Shown here piece after piece: positions 11,504-26,500 of a stretch of DNA of 64,000 nt. Each line of letters opens with the position of its first letter. The first letter of the stretch is position 1. Position numbers and translations under genes: made by a program. The notes beneath the pieces were generated by a model. The model was given only the letters and a program-made list of their open reading frames with translations, made no database searches and was not told where the DNA came from. The stretch is from Antedon mediterranea (taxonomy: Eukaryota; Animalia; Echinodermata), in assembly GCF_964355755.1 (NCBI RefSeq), contig NC_092672.1, forward strand, positions 2,294,001-2,358,000, read 5' to 3'.

Positions 11504-14500
11504 AACTGCATTTTCCAAATTAATAAGACGTGTTGTTGTATCACATAGCTGTTCATCACGAGCATTCAACTCCTGTTAGTAACGAATACAAACAGTTTTA
11601 AATTTTAAATATAGATAATTTTATATTAAAAATACTTCTTTGTTGGTTATGCATACTGTATATATATATATATATATATCAGTGAGTAGCCACCTCCCTT
11701 AACGGCCGCACTTAAGCCTGTTTGTTCTATTTAACCTATCTTACTGCATTTGGTACCTCCCGTAAGTGGCCATCTCTAGTAAACGGCCGCGGCCAATTTT
11801 TTTTTACTAAAGTTAGGCGAGTACTGGCAGTCGTAAGAAAACGACAGAAAGGGTTTCTCATTATTGACTTCACTGTTAATAAACAAAGAACAAGACAGAT
11901 CATAAAAGCAGACATTATATCATGCAAGCTACAGGATAAGCTGTTAAAGTAATTATTATATAACACCTAATAAATTCCTGTCATTTGATTGGACCATTGT
12001 GGGTCACATGGCATGCAATAGTACGTTAAAGTAATTACTATTGCCCTAAATCAAACAAATTAAAAAGCAAAACTAATTGTTTCTAGTTTTGTTAGTTTAA
12101 AAACAAAACTACTACTATAAAACAAAAAGGTCATCTTGCAATTATAACAAATACATAATCGTACTTGAGCAACAAAACATAATGTGCAGCTGTCATTAAT
12201 TTGATTAATTATTAAATAATGGTTATTAAAAGAAAAACCCTGCCCTTTCTCAGAAACAAAACATGCAGACATCTCCACTAAAACACAAACAAACAAATGA
12301 AACTGAATTTGAGAAATTCAATGACTCTATGATATTGCAAAATAAAAGGCTACACCTACGCTACAATAATAACGCATAACCTCCCTAGAGCAACTAAAAA
12401 TAATGTGAAGCAACTTGATAATTTACTATTTTGTCTGTCAAAGTAAATATTCCATATTTTCTAAAAAACAATCATGCAGACATCTCCACTAAACACAAAC
12501 AAACACACTGATGCAAACTATTTTGAGCAATTCATTGATTCTATGACACCGATTGCAATGCTTACATACTTTCATCAATATAAGCAATTTCTTAAGCATA
12601 CACAATTAATAGCTAACGACAAATTATTCAAAAATGATTCCTCTTGATTTTGATGGTAATTTGGCACCACTTATGCTCAATATGAATCACCTTAAAATAA
12701 TTTGACTTTAGTCAGGCTAACCTCTTTGAATTTCACTTTCCGATTTTGTTTCTTAGTAAAATAAAAATAGTAATAGCTTTATATAAACAATTTTAATAAA
12801 AGAGTTTGATATTAGATGAACATTAAAGACAAGATTTTTGTTTTTTCTTTTCACTGAAGTTGTTAGAGCTAACTTGTTGTTTTTGCTTGTTGTGATATGG
12901 ATGTAATATTTCAGAAATAAAACCAATTAAATAGTAGTGAAATGTGTCGATGACGACACTGATGACGTGGTGAATGATTTGGATGATTTTAGTGAATTAG
13001 TGACAATTGTGAATTGTGAAAAGGGTGATAATGATTGTGACAATGATAACGATATCTGATGAACATTTATCTTTACACAATACTTACTGCTTTCAGTGTT
13101 TCAATTTCATAGTTTTTACGGACAATTTTGTTCTTGGCAGCCTTGGATTTTTCTTCTTTCTGAAAATTTAAATTCATAACTTTCTGATTTAAAATATAAA
13201 AAATAACAAATGAAAATTTATAGGTGGAAATGATATTTTTATGATAATGATGATGACAATGATACTAAGTTGAGTGACATACTGTACCTTTGGTTTAGGG
13301 TCATCAAAGCATTTATGTTTTGGCCACATTTGAGGCGCCTTGTCGTCATTCTCCAAGTGAAATGTCTGATGCAAGGAAAGAAACAATGGATGATTGTAAA
13401 ATGTACTGAATAACTAACATTATAAACAATATAATTTGGTACAAACTTATGTAATACTGCAGTTGGTAATTTAACTTTGTATTTCTTTCTCTAGAGCATA
13501 GAGGCTAAGAATATCTTTTCATATTCGAAACACTAATGTCTCTTTCTGACCAATAGGTCAAAGTTCAAGAGACGGACTTAACAGGTGTAGTTAGTTTATT
13601 CACTTTTGTTACCTTCTTCGATTTGATTGCTCCATTCAGACGCTTTTCTTGATCGAGCTGTTGCCGTGTCCGCCTCAATGTTTCTCGCAAATAATGCGTT
13701 TCCTCTGAGCGTCCTCTGACATCATCCTAAACATAATCAAATTTAAATCAAAATCAACCTTTGCATAATGACCTAAATTAAAGTTTGCTGATTGGTTGGA
13801 ATACATTAGGGACGGGGCAATAGAATCAATTCATAATTTGTAAAGTCTGAGGCAATAGATTAATGCTCTGTCTACACCATCAAACTATTTTGAGAAAAAG
13901 TGTGATATTCCCAAATATGGTAGTGATATTCCCAGGTATGGTAGTGATGTGAAATCATCGTGTCCTTACAGTATATGAGCACATCACATAAAGCTTAAAG
14001 ATAATGTGGACAGAGTCTTACAGCTAGAGATTCCACTTGGTTTGATTTTTCATCAGCAACTTTCTCCGCTTCTCGTAATCGTTCTAAATCTTTCTCATAA
14101 TCTCTTAAAATTTCATCCTTCCTATCAAGTCGTTGGTTCAGCACTTTAATTCGACTTGCGATGATTTCGTTGGCACGCTGTCGATCATTCACCAGTCGTT
14201 CACGCTCATCCTGTGGTAGATGCGTCATGCTATCTTGGCCGCTGATTTCACCGAGGCCAAGTAAACTTGCACATGTCTGTGCTAGATCTAAATACTAAAT
14301 AAGAACAAAGCAAAATAGAAAACTAAATGAATGAATGATAGCTAATAAAGTTTTCAATTAAATCAAGTGACTGTCTGTAAAACAGATTTTAAAAATTTGT
14401 CCGTGACGGCGGGAAAAAAAATCTTGTTGTTGGTTGCTTTAGACCTCGAAAACGGCGAATGTGTGTTCAGGAATAGAGTGAGGAAGGATGAACCCGGAGC

Positions 14501-17500
14501 AGACAATGAATTAACATGATGTAACTAGGTCATCACAAATCAAAATCAGTATTTACGTACTGTTTGTTCACTATGCTCCATAGCCTGCTGGGTCTCAACA
14601 CGAGCGCTTCTCTCTACAGCGGTCGTTGACCCTGTCATGGTGTCAAGTGACCCTCTAGCCCGTGCTACCTCTCGGTGAAGAATAGACTCTGGGGTGTGGT
14701 TATTTACGTCCGTGACTTCCGCTTGTTTGGCACGCATTTCTGCAAGTTCCTTTTTCAGTAGAATGACTTGTTGTAGAGCTTGGTCATGAGTTGGTACTAA
14801 AAACAACATAATAATATAAGTAAAGAATATTCAAATAAACACAAAAAAAACAAAACCTATATATTACCAAAGGTGTACGACTTCACAATAAAATAGATAT
14901 CTAATGATAAAGATTACAACTGCTGATTGTGAGTAAATGCTTTATAAAGATACATTTTTTTTTTACATTTTTGTGTGTTGAATATGCCATTTTAATGTCA
15001 CATAATTGTTATTCACTTTAACGAAAAATTGGATCAGGAAAATAAACCCAGTCAATGGGTTTTGGTTGAATTTAATGATTTACTTTACTTTTTTTTTTTA
15101 AGAAATGATTATCTTAATTGTGAAATGGCTTATTCAAAATCTTTTTTTTTTATTGATCTTCATTTTTTATATTTTTGGGGGACAATACATCTTTTTATAT
15201 TTAATTCATATAGAGGTAATTTTGTAAATACATCTCATGTTTCGCTAAAATCAGAAAATAAATAAAATATAATTATTCACTGAAGCATTGTTTGCAAAGA
15301 TTTTCCAAGTATAGCTACCAAATAAATTGAACATCACTAGCCTTTAAATGGAGTTGTCATTTTTATATTCAAATGTTTTTTGAAATGTATGTGCAGATTT
15401 CACATGACTTTTTTCATACAAAAAGCATAATTATTTCTACCACATATATTTAAACAAAACTAGTCTATAAACACAAGTAATTGAAAAAGAAAATACAATT
15501 ATATATTATAAATTAAAACAAATATCTATGATAGCAACTTTGTTTCGTTTGATACTTAGGCATAACAATTATATTGACATACCTGCTGCAAAAAGAGTAA
15601 AGTAGGGATTTTAATGTGTTAATATAATGTTGGTGGCTAATTGTGTAAAATGGTTGTTTAGTGTCTAGTTATGCCAATAATATTTGTTAGACCTTAAGCT
15701 CTGTCTACAAACTTTATGTAACAAAAAGAATGTGATGTGCCCATATATGGACATGATGGTGTCATATCACTACCATATTTGGGCACATCAAACTATTTTT
15801 TTGTCAAAATAGTTTGATAGTGTGGACAGAGTTTACAGTCAACTGTACTACTATGCAATAATTGATTAATATAATACATACTAATAAAGCAAAGCAATAT
15901 AAAAATAAGCAATATGATTATTACTATGCAAATATGTAATATGCAAATAAGTAATATGCAAATATTTAATATGCAAATAAGTAATATGCAAATAAGTAAT
16001 ACGTAAATTAAGGCAATATACCATCTGATAGGATGACAGGATTGAAATCTGAGATGAAGAATTTAAACCACAAAAAAGGAGAAAAAAAATGTAGGTATTG
16101 TTAATACTAAACATATACCACTGGTTAAAAATACAGTATATGAAAAAAACAATTTTTAAATGTTGTTAAGTAACCCAATTTATCTCCAATTACTGTTCAC
16201 AATATATGATGACCTATGACCTTATGCACACCTCACAAAGATGTAAATTTAAAACAATGATATGAATTCTATTGACCATAGAACCGAAGCAAATCTATGA
16301 AATGTAAATGTTTGAGAAATTAATTTTTATGATAAATTTAAATTTGTTTTACCAATAATAAGAGAATCTGTACCAACTATATTTGACAAGGGCGCTACAA
16401 AATAGAAACACGATTTCATTTTAAAATTATAAATCTTTTTTTATTAACATTTTATGTAAAGTATTTTTTAAAGTAAAACGTTAAAAAAGTTCATCAAAAG
16501 AAATAAAAAAAATAGTTTCAATTCAAAAATACTTACGTGCTGGTCTGTTGACCTCTAGACCTTTGATCCTTGACCTGAGTTCAGCAAGAGCCTCTCGCTG
16601 CCTGCTGATAACTTGTTCGTGTCTTTCTCCACGACACTGAGCGCCAACTGACGACAACTCACTTGTGATCAAACCCTTCATTAAATTATAAATGTATTGA
16701 GTCTTTAACAATTTTGAACAATATTTAATTTTTAAAAGTATTCTCATGTTTCAATTTATATTTTTATAAATTTTATATGGTAAGATAAATGAAATAATTG
16801 TTGGGTTAGGTTGAATCCAAAATTATGTTTTCAAAAAATTTACGATTATGGTAAACTTATATTGAATGCACATGTAGTACCTCTTTCTGAACCTGTTGTA
16901 GCGCCCTCGCTTTATTCTCTTGTTCTGCCGCAAGTTGATCCCGTAATTGGATAACCTCATTAGCCGAACTTGTTAATGTAGTTTTATGTTCAGCTAGATC
17001 TTTACTATGCGTCCTATAAAAAAGAAATAGTATAAACTGATAATATGAAAACACTTACCAGTGAGTCAGTTACATTGGGTATGAGGAGCCTCATACTCAA
17101 TTATCAGTAACAAGTCAGTTAGATTTTGTATGTGGCGCCTCATACCCAATTATCAGTAACCAGTCAGATACATTGGGTATGAGGCGCCTCATAAGGCATA
17201 AAATATTTTTCATTAAAACTAAATTTCATACTCAAGTTCTTTCTTCAATGAGTTGATCTCGGCAGTTTTTGTGTCCACAAGTTCAGACAACTTCATAAGT
17301 TGTTGGCGCTGTGTTTTCAATTCTGCATCTTGTTGCCTCATCACAACTCGATTGTTTTCCATCTGTTGCTTCTGTTTTTCACTTAGTTCTCCTGAAATTA
17401 ACAAATCACAACAAATTTTATGAATTTACTTAACATAAAAAAAAGTCCAACTAAGACGGCATCTTATGACAAATCCCAACGTTTCATCTTGACTCATCGG

Positions 17501-20500
17501 TGCTGTATGAGTTGAATACCGACGAAACAAGTCGTCTTGAGATAGCATCCGATGTAGTTTTAGGTCGTCGGGGGAACATCAAACATGTTTTTCTCTCGCC
17601 AGGCATCGTTGTAAGACGGACGCTGTCTGAGTTGGACTTTACTGCTAACAGAGTCATACAGTAATTGGAAACAGGAGAGATTTTAGCTTTGTGGTGAGAG
17701 CAACAAATTGAAAATTCCTACAATTTTAGGTTCTGTCAAGAAAAGAGGACTTTAATTACCTGTCATGTCCGACAACCTGGCTGACGCCCCAGCAAGATCT
17801 CGTCTCAGACCATTGATGATCTCCTGACGATTCTGAGCTTCTTGTTTGACATCATTGTTCTCATTTCTAAACAAACCACAAGATTTAAAAACATTAAATA
17901 AATATTAAAATAATGATAATGAAGTGTTTTTGTACTTGAGATTTAATCTAAATAGGTTTTACGCAAATTTATTATTACTGTTATTGGGACAGTGGTATAA
18001 AAGAGCACTTCCATACGGTTTAAAATTTAGGCTATTTAAAATTTACTTATTTCTAATTTGAAAGAGTATCCAGTCTCCGGGAAGAATATCTGGAAAGACG
18101 CAAGAAGAATATATTTGCAATGTAGTATTTAAAATCAATTCTTTAGGCTTACTTAAGAACATTAATAAGACGTTCCATGGCCATAACGTCTGCTACATTT
18201 CCATTTATCATCACAGGCTTAGGAGCAATCTTAGGCTTAGCTCCCAAGGCCTCCTTTGCTTGCTTCTCTCTCAACTTGGCTACAGCCTCCCTGGCCTGCT
18301 TAGATTTGTCTGTAAGAAAAGAACAAAGGTTATACAATGCTGTAACATACTGAAAGACTCTACAAGAAGCAAAGTTATTTTGTATTTGCTTGTTAGGCAT
18401 TCCATGAGATTTATGCACTTTTTTTGTTTTTTTGACACCATATTTAATGAGGGTGATCCATCCAGCAATTGTTGATCATTAGGGACCCTCAGAGGTTCAC
18501 AAGACAAACATATACACAAGATGCTCTACATAAACAAACTCTTATTACAAGTCTTTGGGAGGCGGGAGTTGTAGTTTTTTCCTCAGAAAAAATCCTGACA
18601 TGTGACGGGACTTGAACCCAGGACCTTTGGAGTATCATAACCACCAAGCCAACTCCACTACAGTAGAGTATCATACTGTAAAAGTGTATTAATTCATAAA
18701 TAAGATACAAAGAAATTGGTACTTCTCTCCGACTATTTTACTTTTTTAAACTTTTTATTTAGATTTATGCTTCTTTTTTTATGTATCTCTATGGCGATCC
18801 AACCAGTGTTAATGCACCTAAAGGGGCAGCATTCTTATACAGTATACAAATACAAAATAAAATACCTTCTAACTGCTCTTGGCTAATCTTGAGTTCATTC
18901 TTTAAGTCTTTGCACTCTTTGCTGTACTTGGTAACTTTCTGTTCCAGCGATACGATTGTGAGGCCGTGTTGTCGGATCTCTTCTTTGAAGGCAGCAGCAT
19001 CTTTTGAGTGGGATTCCTTCAGTTTTGTCATTTCTTCCAATAGCTTACTCGCTTCTGATCTCATTGTTTCTTCTTTTGCAATTAAATCCTCTTTTAATTT
19101 ATCCTAAATAAGCAATAACCAATTAAAATGGAAACAAATTGTAATTGGCATATTAAACATTATTCCTTTACGATCTCTAAAACTCTATCTACACTATCAA
19201 ACTAGTTTAACAAAATATGTGTGATGTGCCCAAATATGGTATTGGTAGTGATATGCTTAAATATGACATCATGTCCATATTATTATGGGCACATCACATT
19301 TTTTTGTCACATAAAGTTTGATAGTGTAAACGGAGCTTTAAACAGTTTATGAAGGAACGATCAGTTAAAGATAGATAATACATGCACTAACTGAGAATAT
19401 TGCAGTAACTGAAAATACTGCAGTAAAAATTGACACCAACCTCATTTTCTTTGTATGATTTAATTTCACTTCTTAGATCTTTTTCGACTTGAGACAATCT
19501 GTCTTCGCTGGCACTTTTTTCAACAAGTGTCTGAAAGAAAAAACATTTTTTTATTATCATAAAACAGTAATTAATTTTACTTGACTAAAATTCAGTAACA
19601 TTCCAAGATCATTTTTTTCAGAACAATCAAATATGAGGATTTCAAAGACATTTTATAAGAACAGAACAGAAAGCCTATCCTTGTCTAATTCTTCTAATTT
19701 TCTTGTTCAAGAATAGAACTTTGCTTGGTTCAAAGCAACGGCAGAGGCGCTCTGCAAGTAATTTTACCAATAATAACACAATGGATCATCCAACTGTTGC
19801 TTGTGATTGGTCAACTCACTCACATTGCCTCCAATGGGAACAAAGCTTAAAGGAGGAAGTTTACCTTTCTTAATTCCTTTAAACTTGTCTCTTGTTGTTT
19901 TATCTTTGTTTGGTTCATCTTCTCATTTTCTTCTTGCTTTTTAACTTCTAACTTTTTGCTTTCTTCTATTGCTGCTTCCAATTTCTTCTCACCTTCAGAA
20001 AAAAATAATTATGGAACTTATTGGGAAAATGGATTTTATTTGATTTTCCAACTTCAATTTTCATTTTAAATTTATGGAACTTATTGAAAAAAATGGATTT
20101 TATTTGATCTTACAATTTGAATTTTCTTTTTGAATTTAACCTGATGATTATTTTCCGTTTCACATTTATTTTTCATCTCATTTGATACATGCAACAAGCT
20201 GAAACTCGCTCCTAATAGTTCTATTCTTATTCTTTATTGCCAAAAATGTGCACAACAAGAAAAGTAGGTTGGCAGGACACAAAATGGAACTAAATCTGTA
20301 TGGCTAAAAGCATCTATACAACTACATTCGGTACACCATGTAAGCATAACAGTCTCTAGCCTTAAATAAAAATAAGATAAAAAAGAAATTAATTTATCCT
20401 CTTACTTTCCAGACGCAGTTCTTCAAGCTGATCCTCAAGTGTATGTTTGTGTTCAGTCGTCAGTTTTTGTATTTCAGCTTCAGTTTCAGATCTAACCTTC

Positions 20501-23500
20501 TCCTCTATTGTACTTAACTTGTTAGAGATCACTTCCTTATCCTTCATCAAGGTATCACATTTACTGTTTAATTTCAGTATAAAATCACTCATGGCTATAA
20601 AGAGAAAATAATGTTAAAAATATGGTTATTATTCATTTCAAAGAGAGAGTGTATTACATAGAAATGTATATTATCATGATAGGATATCTTGTCATTGTAT
20701 TTTGTGTTAAATTTCGATTAAAGGAAAAGCGAAAATAAAGATTGATCAACAACAGTGTAGGGGAATATGAAGGTAATATTAATATAACAATAATATCTAT
20801 TTATAAAGCGCCGTCTCACAGCACAATATGAAAAGAATAATTATTGAAAAATGTGACTTTTCAGGAGAGATTAAAATTGAAAAGTGTAACGGATGGAACA
20901 AGGAAGTCGGTTCTAGGTCTATGGTGACTGAGCAAATTAGACTTAGGCACAGATGATTTTACAACTTGCCAAATAATATATATATTGGACTGACAACTGT
21001 ATTAAATAGAGGGAGTAAGATGAGTAAGCTGAAACCTTGAAGAATTTAATGAGCATTTTAATTACTGTTTGAAACAAAAATCTGAATTTAAATAAAACAA
21101 GTATTACATTCATCAGCTGACTTCACATCACAACCACATTTTTCAAGAGCCGACTCATACTCCTGTTGCCATGCCAACTCATCCTGCATCACCATGGCAA
21201 TAATGTCTCTCACTCCCTGCAACGATTCCTCAACTGTGACCGACTGAAGAAGCTTCACCTCATCTCGTAAATGACTGCAAGATCTGCCGCCCTCCTCAAG
21301 ACGTTTCTGTGTCCAAAAAAAAGGATACCTTAAGATCTATTGAAATTAAAGGCTAGCGTAAAGTGTAAATACCAGTGGCTGTATTCACCATCCACACTTA
21401 GGCTAAGGGAGACACTTACCGTTAAAAGTTAAAATCAAAAAGAAATCTCCTATCTAAGTGAATACAATGTAAGAGAAATACTTAAATGTTTATTGAGTTG
21501 AAATACTTAAAATTTAAGGGAGATATCTCACTTAAGTGTGATTGGTGAATACGGCCACTGGTGTATATGTCTTACACACCCTTATCAACTCTCATCTTAG
21601 ACTGGAAGCTATGAAATGCAATGGAAAACTAAAATATTTAAACTGACATACGTTTCATTTAATAGGGATTTCCACTAGCAATGGTACTCTCTGAGTAACT
21701 CATCACGACGTCTCCATGGATCTATCAAATGTCTCACTACTTGAGAGAATCTTACCTCTGATTGTGTTAAATGTTGCTTTAAAGCCTTCACACTACTCTT
21801 TACGTCTTTCTTGAAACTTTCCAAATGTTTTACAGATTCTTTCATCTCTTTTATTTTGCTTTTTACTTCAGTTCGTTCATTGATGAGTTTTTTCATCGTA
21901 TTAACAAGAACATCGTCGTCCGTTTCATCAGCATCTGGCATTTTGTATCCAGGAGCTGAGAATGTAGTTTGAAGAATGCGTGATCTCAACCGCTCATACT
22001 ATTAAGGAAAAAAAAACTAAATTATGCACACAACTCCGAAATTCTATTGAAACAAAAACTATAACAAAAAACACTTTAATGAAAAAAAAAATTATATTAA
22101 AATTAATTAATTGTAGATAGGAAAGAGATGCTAAATAATGTGAAATGCTATAATCTTGCTTGAACTATTATGTGTACACACTATGCATCATGTCTGTCTC
22201 AGAACACTCCAAATGGAGAATTAATACTCCAAGATCAAGATGTCACAGTACATGGTTTATTGTACCATATCTAAATATGGCAAGTTTAAAAAATCTGTTA
22301 AAATCTTGTTTATTGCCACATGGCATTCAAACACTATTTTGTTTCATACATTTTGTTTTCTAGAGACAATTAGTTTTCCACCCTTCCTTCATTTACTTAT
22401 GCTCTTACTTTCTTTTCTGCTTCTACAGCTTCTGCTTTTGACGCTCTCTCTGCTATCTCCATTTCTTCCAATTTAGACTTTGACTGTTCTACCTCAGTCT
22501 TCATTGCCATATGAACCTTAAAACAAGATACAAGAAACAAACAATCTTATTGTATCTTTAAGCTATGTCTACACTATCAAACTAGTTTGACAAAAAAGTG
22601 TGCTATGCCATCATCATGTCCATATATGGGAACATCAAATTTTGTTGTCATATAAAGTTTGATAGTGTAGACAGAGCTTTTAGACTAGTTATTGAATGGA
22701 CACATGTTTAAATATCGAAGCGTGGCAGGCTACGGGCACTTGACCTTTGACAATGGATGACTGTTAGGAGCAGGAACCCAGTACAGTTTTGATTTCACGA
22801 TCATTGGGGAAATTACTTCGTGATGTGGTTAAAACCATAACAATAATACCATTTAGTTTTTGTTACCTGTTTCTCGTTCTCGGCAGCTGCTATAAGATCA
22901 TCAATTTCTTGTTGTTTAGTTGCTGTCAATCTTGTCTGCTCCTCAATCTTGTTCTCTAGACCTTTTAATTTCTATTCAACAAGTAACAAACGTAATCTTA
23001 TTAGATCATTTAAAAACAAATCTAATTCTTACTTTAGTTTAGGCATACAGTGTTGCCAAGAAAACCATAAGCAAATTCATTCTTCTCAAAGGTGGCAATC
23101 CTGTTCACAAGACACTATACATCTTATTACAAATCTTTGAGAGTGGAGCTGCTTTTTGTCATGGGAAAAAATCTTGACATCATCAGGATTTTAACCCAGG
23201 TTCCTGGGATTGTAAGACAAGCATCAAAACCACCAAGCCACAACTCCACTCATAACCACTTTATTTCATGAGACATACAGTATAGTAGCAACGAACATTT
23301 TTGTTAACAAATCTAGTTTCCAGTGTTTAGTTTTACAGATTTTGGCAGCATAGTCGTACTATAAGCTTGTATAAAAGATTTATTATTAACATTCAAAGAA
23401 AATGTAGAATTATTGGCATAAATACAAAATAAAAGCAAAACAATATTCATTTGTTGAAAAAAAAAGTGATCATTCAGTAAACTGAAATTGATTCTTCTGT

Positions 23501-26500
23501 TATGATGAAAGATAACATTCATGCAACAAAAACTTTATGAAAATGCAGCATGTGTATAATAATAAATTAAGATGAGATGAGAGTAAAATTTACGATAAAT
23601 ATTGTATGATAGAAAAAACGCAAATTCATGCAAACATTCTGTGAGTAATATAAGCTGAACAACTGAGAATATATTACATTATAAGATAAATAATATATTA
23701 AAAATAGTAAGATATTAGTAAAAAGCGTAAAATTGATAATAATTTTTCATTTGTTTGTATTCCAATTAATTTGCAATAACTTAAAAATAAACATTTTGTA
23801 AAAAAAAACAGTAATCAAGTGATTAAACATTTATTTATATTCTAATGTGTAATAAATTATTTAATTGTATGCAATATTAAAGTGACATTAAGCATGTTTA
23901 TATTATTTAGATGGGTTATGTTGGTTAAAGATTCTTTATTGATTAGGTATTTTCATTAAAAAAAAACTTGAACTTTGCAAAAATCCAATTTTTATTTAGT
24001 TGAGGACTAGACTAAAACAAATCAGATTAGAAATTTAAATTTATTAATATTTTTTTTAATAAAAATTATTTCTATAAACTACAAAATGCTTTGTTACACA
24101 TGTGCCAGTGGTAAGAACAGAAGCAATGACCTAATATGGTAACGACCAAATAAGGTGATGATCAAATATGGCAATTTCCATATTTAGACCAACTTACACT
24201 CTTAATTGAGAAAAGTTGTTTGTCTTGTTTTTCAATTTCTTCTTGTTTCTTAGAATCTATTTCAGTTTGCTGGTTAATGAAAAAAAAATTTAATTCAGAC
24301 TGCACACATGTTATTTTCACACAAACGTGTGTAAACACACCTCTAGAAACATGTGTGAACATACGTCTAGAAACGTGTGAGGACACACCTCTAAAACTTA
24401 CATGTTTTAATGTGACTATCTCCCTGTTCTTTAACGCCATTTCTTCTTCATGTTTTTTTGTTTCTCTAACTCTCGAAAACTGTACATACATAGACACATA
24501 GATGACATAGTTATAGGAATGTAAAGTTGATATGAAAAAAAATGAATAATGAATAAATATGGCAGAAAAGTGTAACATGCCCATATTTGTTTTAATTTCA
24601 TGCAAATGATCCATGCAACTAGCCTTCCTGGGGAATCCCAAAACATTTCATAAAAAATATGTATATATATCACTTGCACTGATGAAGGGCTAGTGTTGCC
24701 CGAAAGCTCTGCTAACTTTTCTGGCTGTTTTACTTTATCGTTTTGATTTAGCTTTTCGCTTTTTTTTTTGTATCTCTATTGAGATCCAGCCACTGATACC
24801 CACAGCATTGTCATTTTTTCAGTAATTTGCCTTTGGATTTATATATACAGGTATATATACATATTTTCATCGTCAAGGTACATGGCAATAACAAAGTTTA
24901 TGGTAAAGTAATAATAAATGACCATTAATTAATTTGTTGAAATTAAAGGCTTTTGTAAAAAAAGGGGACACCCCATGAAATATGAATGATTTCAACAACA
25001 ATGATAGTGGAACAGGTGTTGTTAACAAATAAAAACATTTACTGTACATATTCCTAAAAACTACTCAACAAGGTATTATACTGACTAATTATCATTTTTT
25101 TATACTCTATTTTTCCCCCAATTTATTTGTATTTAAGAGAGGCCCACAATGTAAAACAGGTTTTTCATTTACCTGATTGTGTAATCCGGTATAAAGATGT
25201 TAGGATAGTGATAAAAGGACCTTGGACTTGTAAGCCAAACAACATATTTAATAGAAATTACCTTTGCAGTCATGGCAGACAGAGCAACATCCTTCTCTCG
25301 CAGTTCTCTCTTTACGATTTCTATTTCTCCTTTCATGCGGTTCACAGCCGTCTCTTTGTTGTTCATGTCACGATTTAATGACGTCAGCAACGTTGCAGTC
25401 GATGCACGCTCTTTCTTTAACTTTTCCACCTCAAGTCGTAGGGAAACTAACTCTTTTTCGCGAGTGTTCAAAATGCTTCGTAATGTTGCCACATTCTCCA
25501 TGGGATCAGAACTCTCAGGTTTCATTTTAGACATCTAATTAAAAAAAATAATTTTAATTAATAAATGTGAAACGACACCAGCCAAGGTTGGCTTGTTGTG
25601 TACTCACCATCACACCAAAAATATTCTATACTAAACTATATTATATACTTTTACTTTTTATCTCAATTACATTCAACCGCCGTGAGCCAATTACAGGACG
25701 TATTAAGCTCTGTCTACAGGATAAAACTTTATGTGATGTGCCCATATATGAACACTATGACATCATATAATTACCATATTTGGGGATATCACTACCATAT
25801 TTAAAATTCATTAATTATAATTAGTAAATAAAAACAATAAAAGTTACAATATAATAAATATAGAATATTTACAGCATAATAATTATTACCTGAATTTTAA
25901 GTGCGTTGATTTCAAGTTCTTTCATATGAACATCGCCCTCTAAAGTTTTTATATGCTCAGCGTAGCTGTTATCAGGTGCAACTGTATTATTGTCTCGTAT
26001 TTGTACGTGTAGAGTATCAATCTCATCACGTAAACATCCTATAACGCTATCTTTTCGTTGAGATTCTGCTTCAAAAACAGCTAAACGATTTATCTCATCT
26101 CCCATACGTAAAATCTTTTGTTCCTAACGAAAAAAAAAGGTAATATTTTATTTTAACAGTACAGTAGCATCCTTCCGTTGGGACACCTAAATACAAGGGA
26201 CACTTTCCCATGGGACACCACAAACGAGAAGAGAGCGCTTTACTGGGTTCGAAGGTTTCCTTTTGATAAATAATAATAAAGCTTGGTTCCCCATAAAGGA
26301 CAGAACGCAACTATGTAGGAGCAACACAAGTGAGTTGACCAATCACAAGCAACAGTTTGGATGATTCATCGCATCATGATTGGTCAAATTGCTTGTGGTG
26401 CGCTTACGTCCTTGCAATGCTTCCATGAGGGATTAAGCTTTATAAAATAAATTAATTAATTAAATAAAATTGTTGTATTCTTTTCTTGTATGGCCTTCTT

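Noticed and set aside
12925-13055. Ser/Thr-rich minus-strand frame as an alternative FHAD1 last exon
   Set aside because: It would need an intron of about 32 nt after exon 13088; the sequence is low-complexity TGA/GAT-rich.
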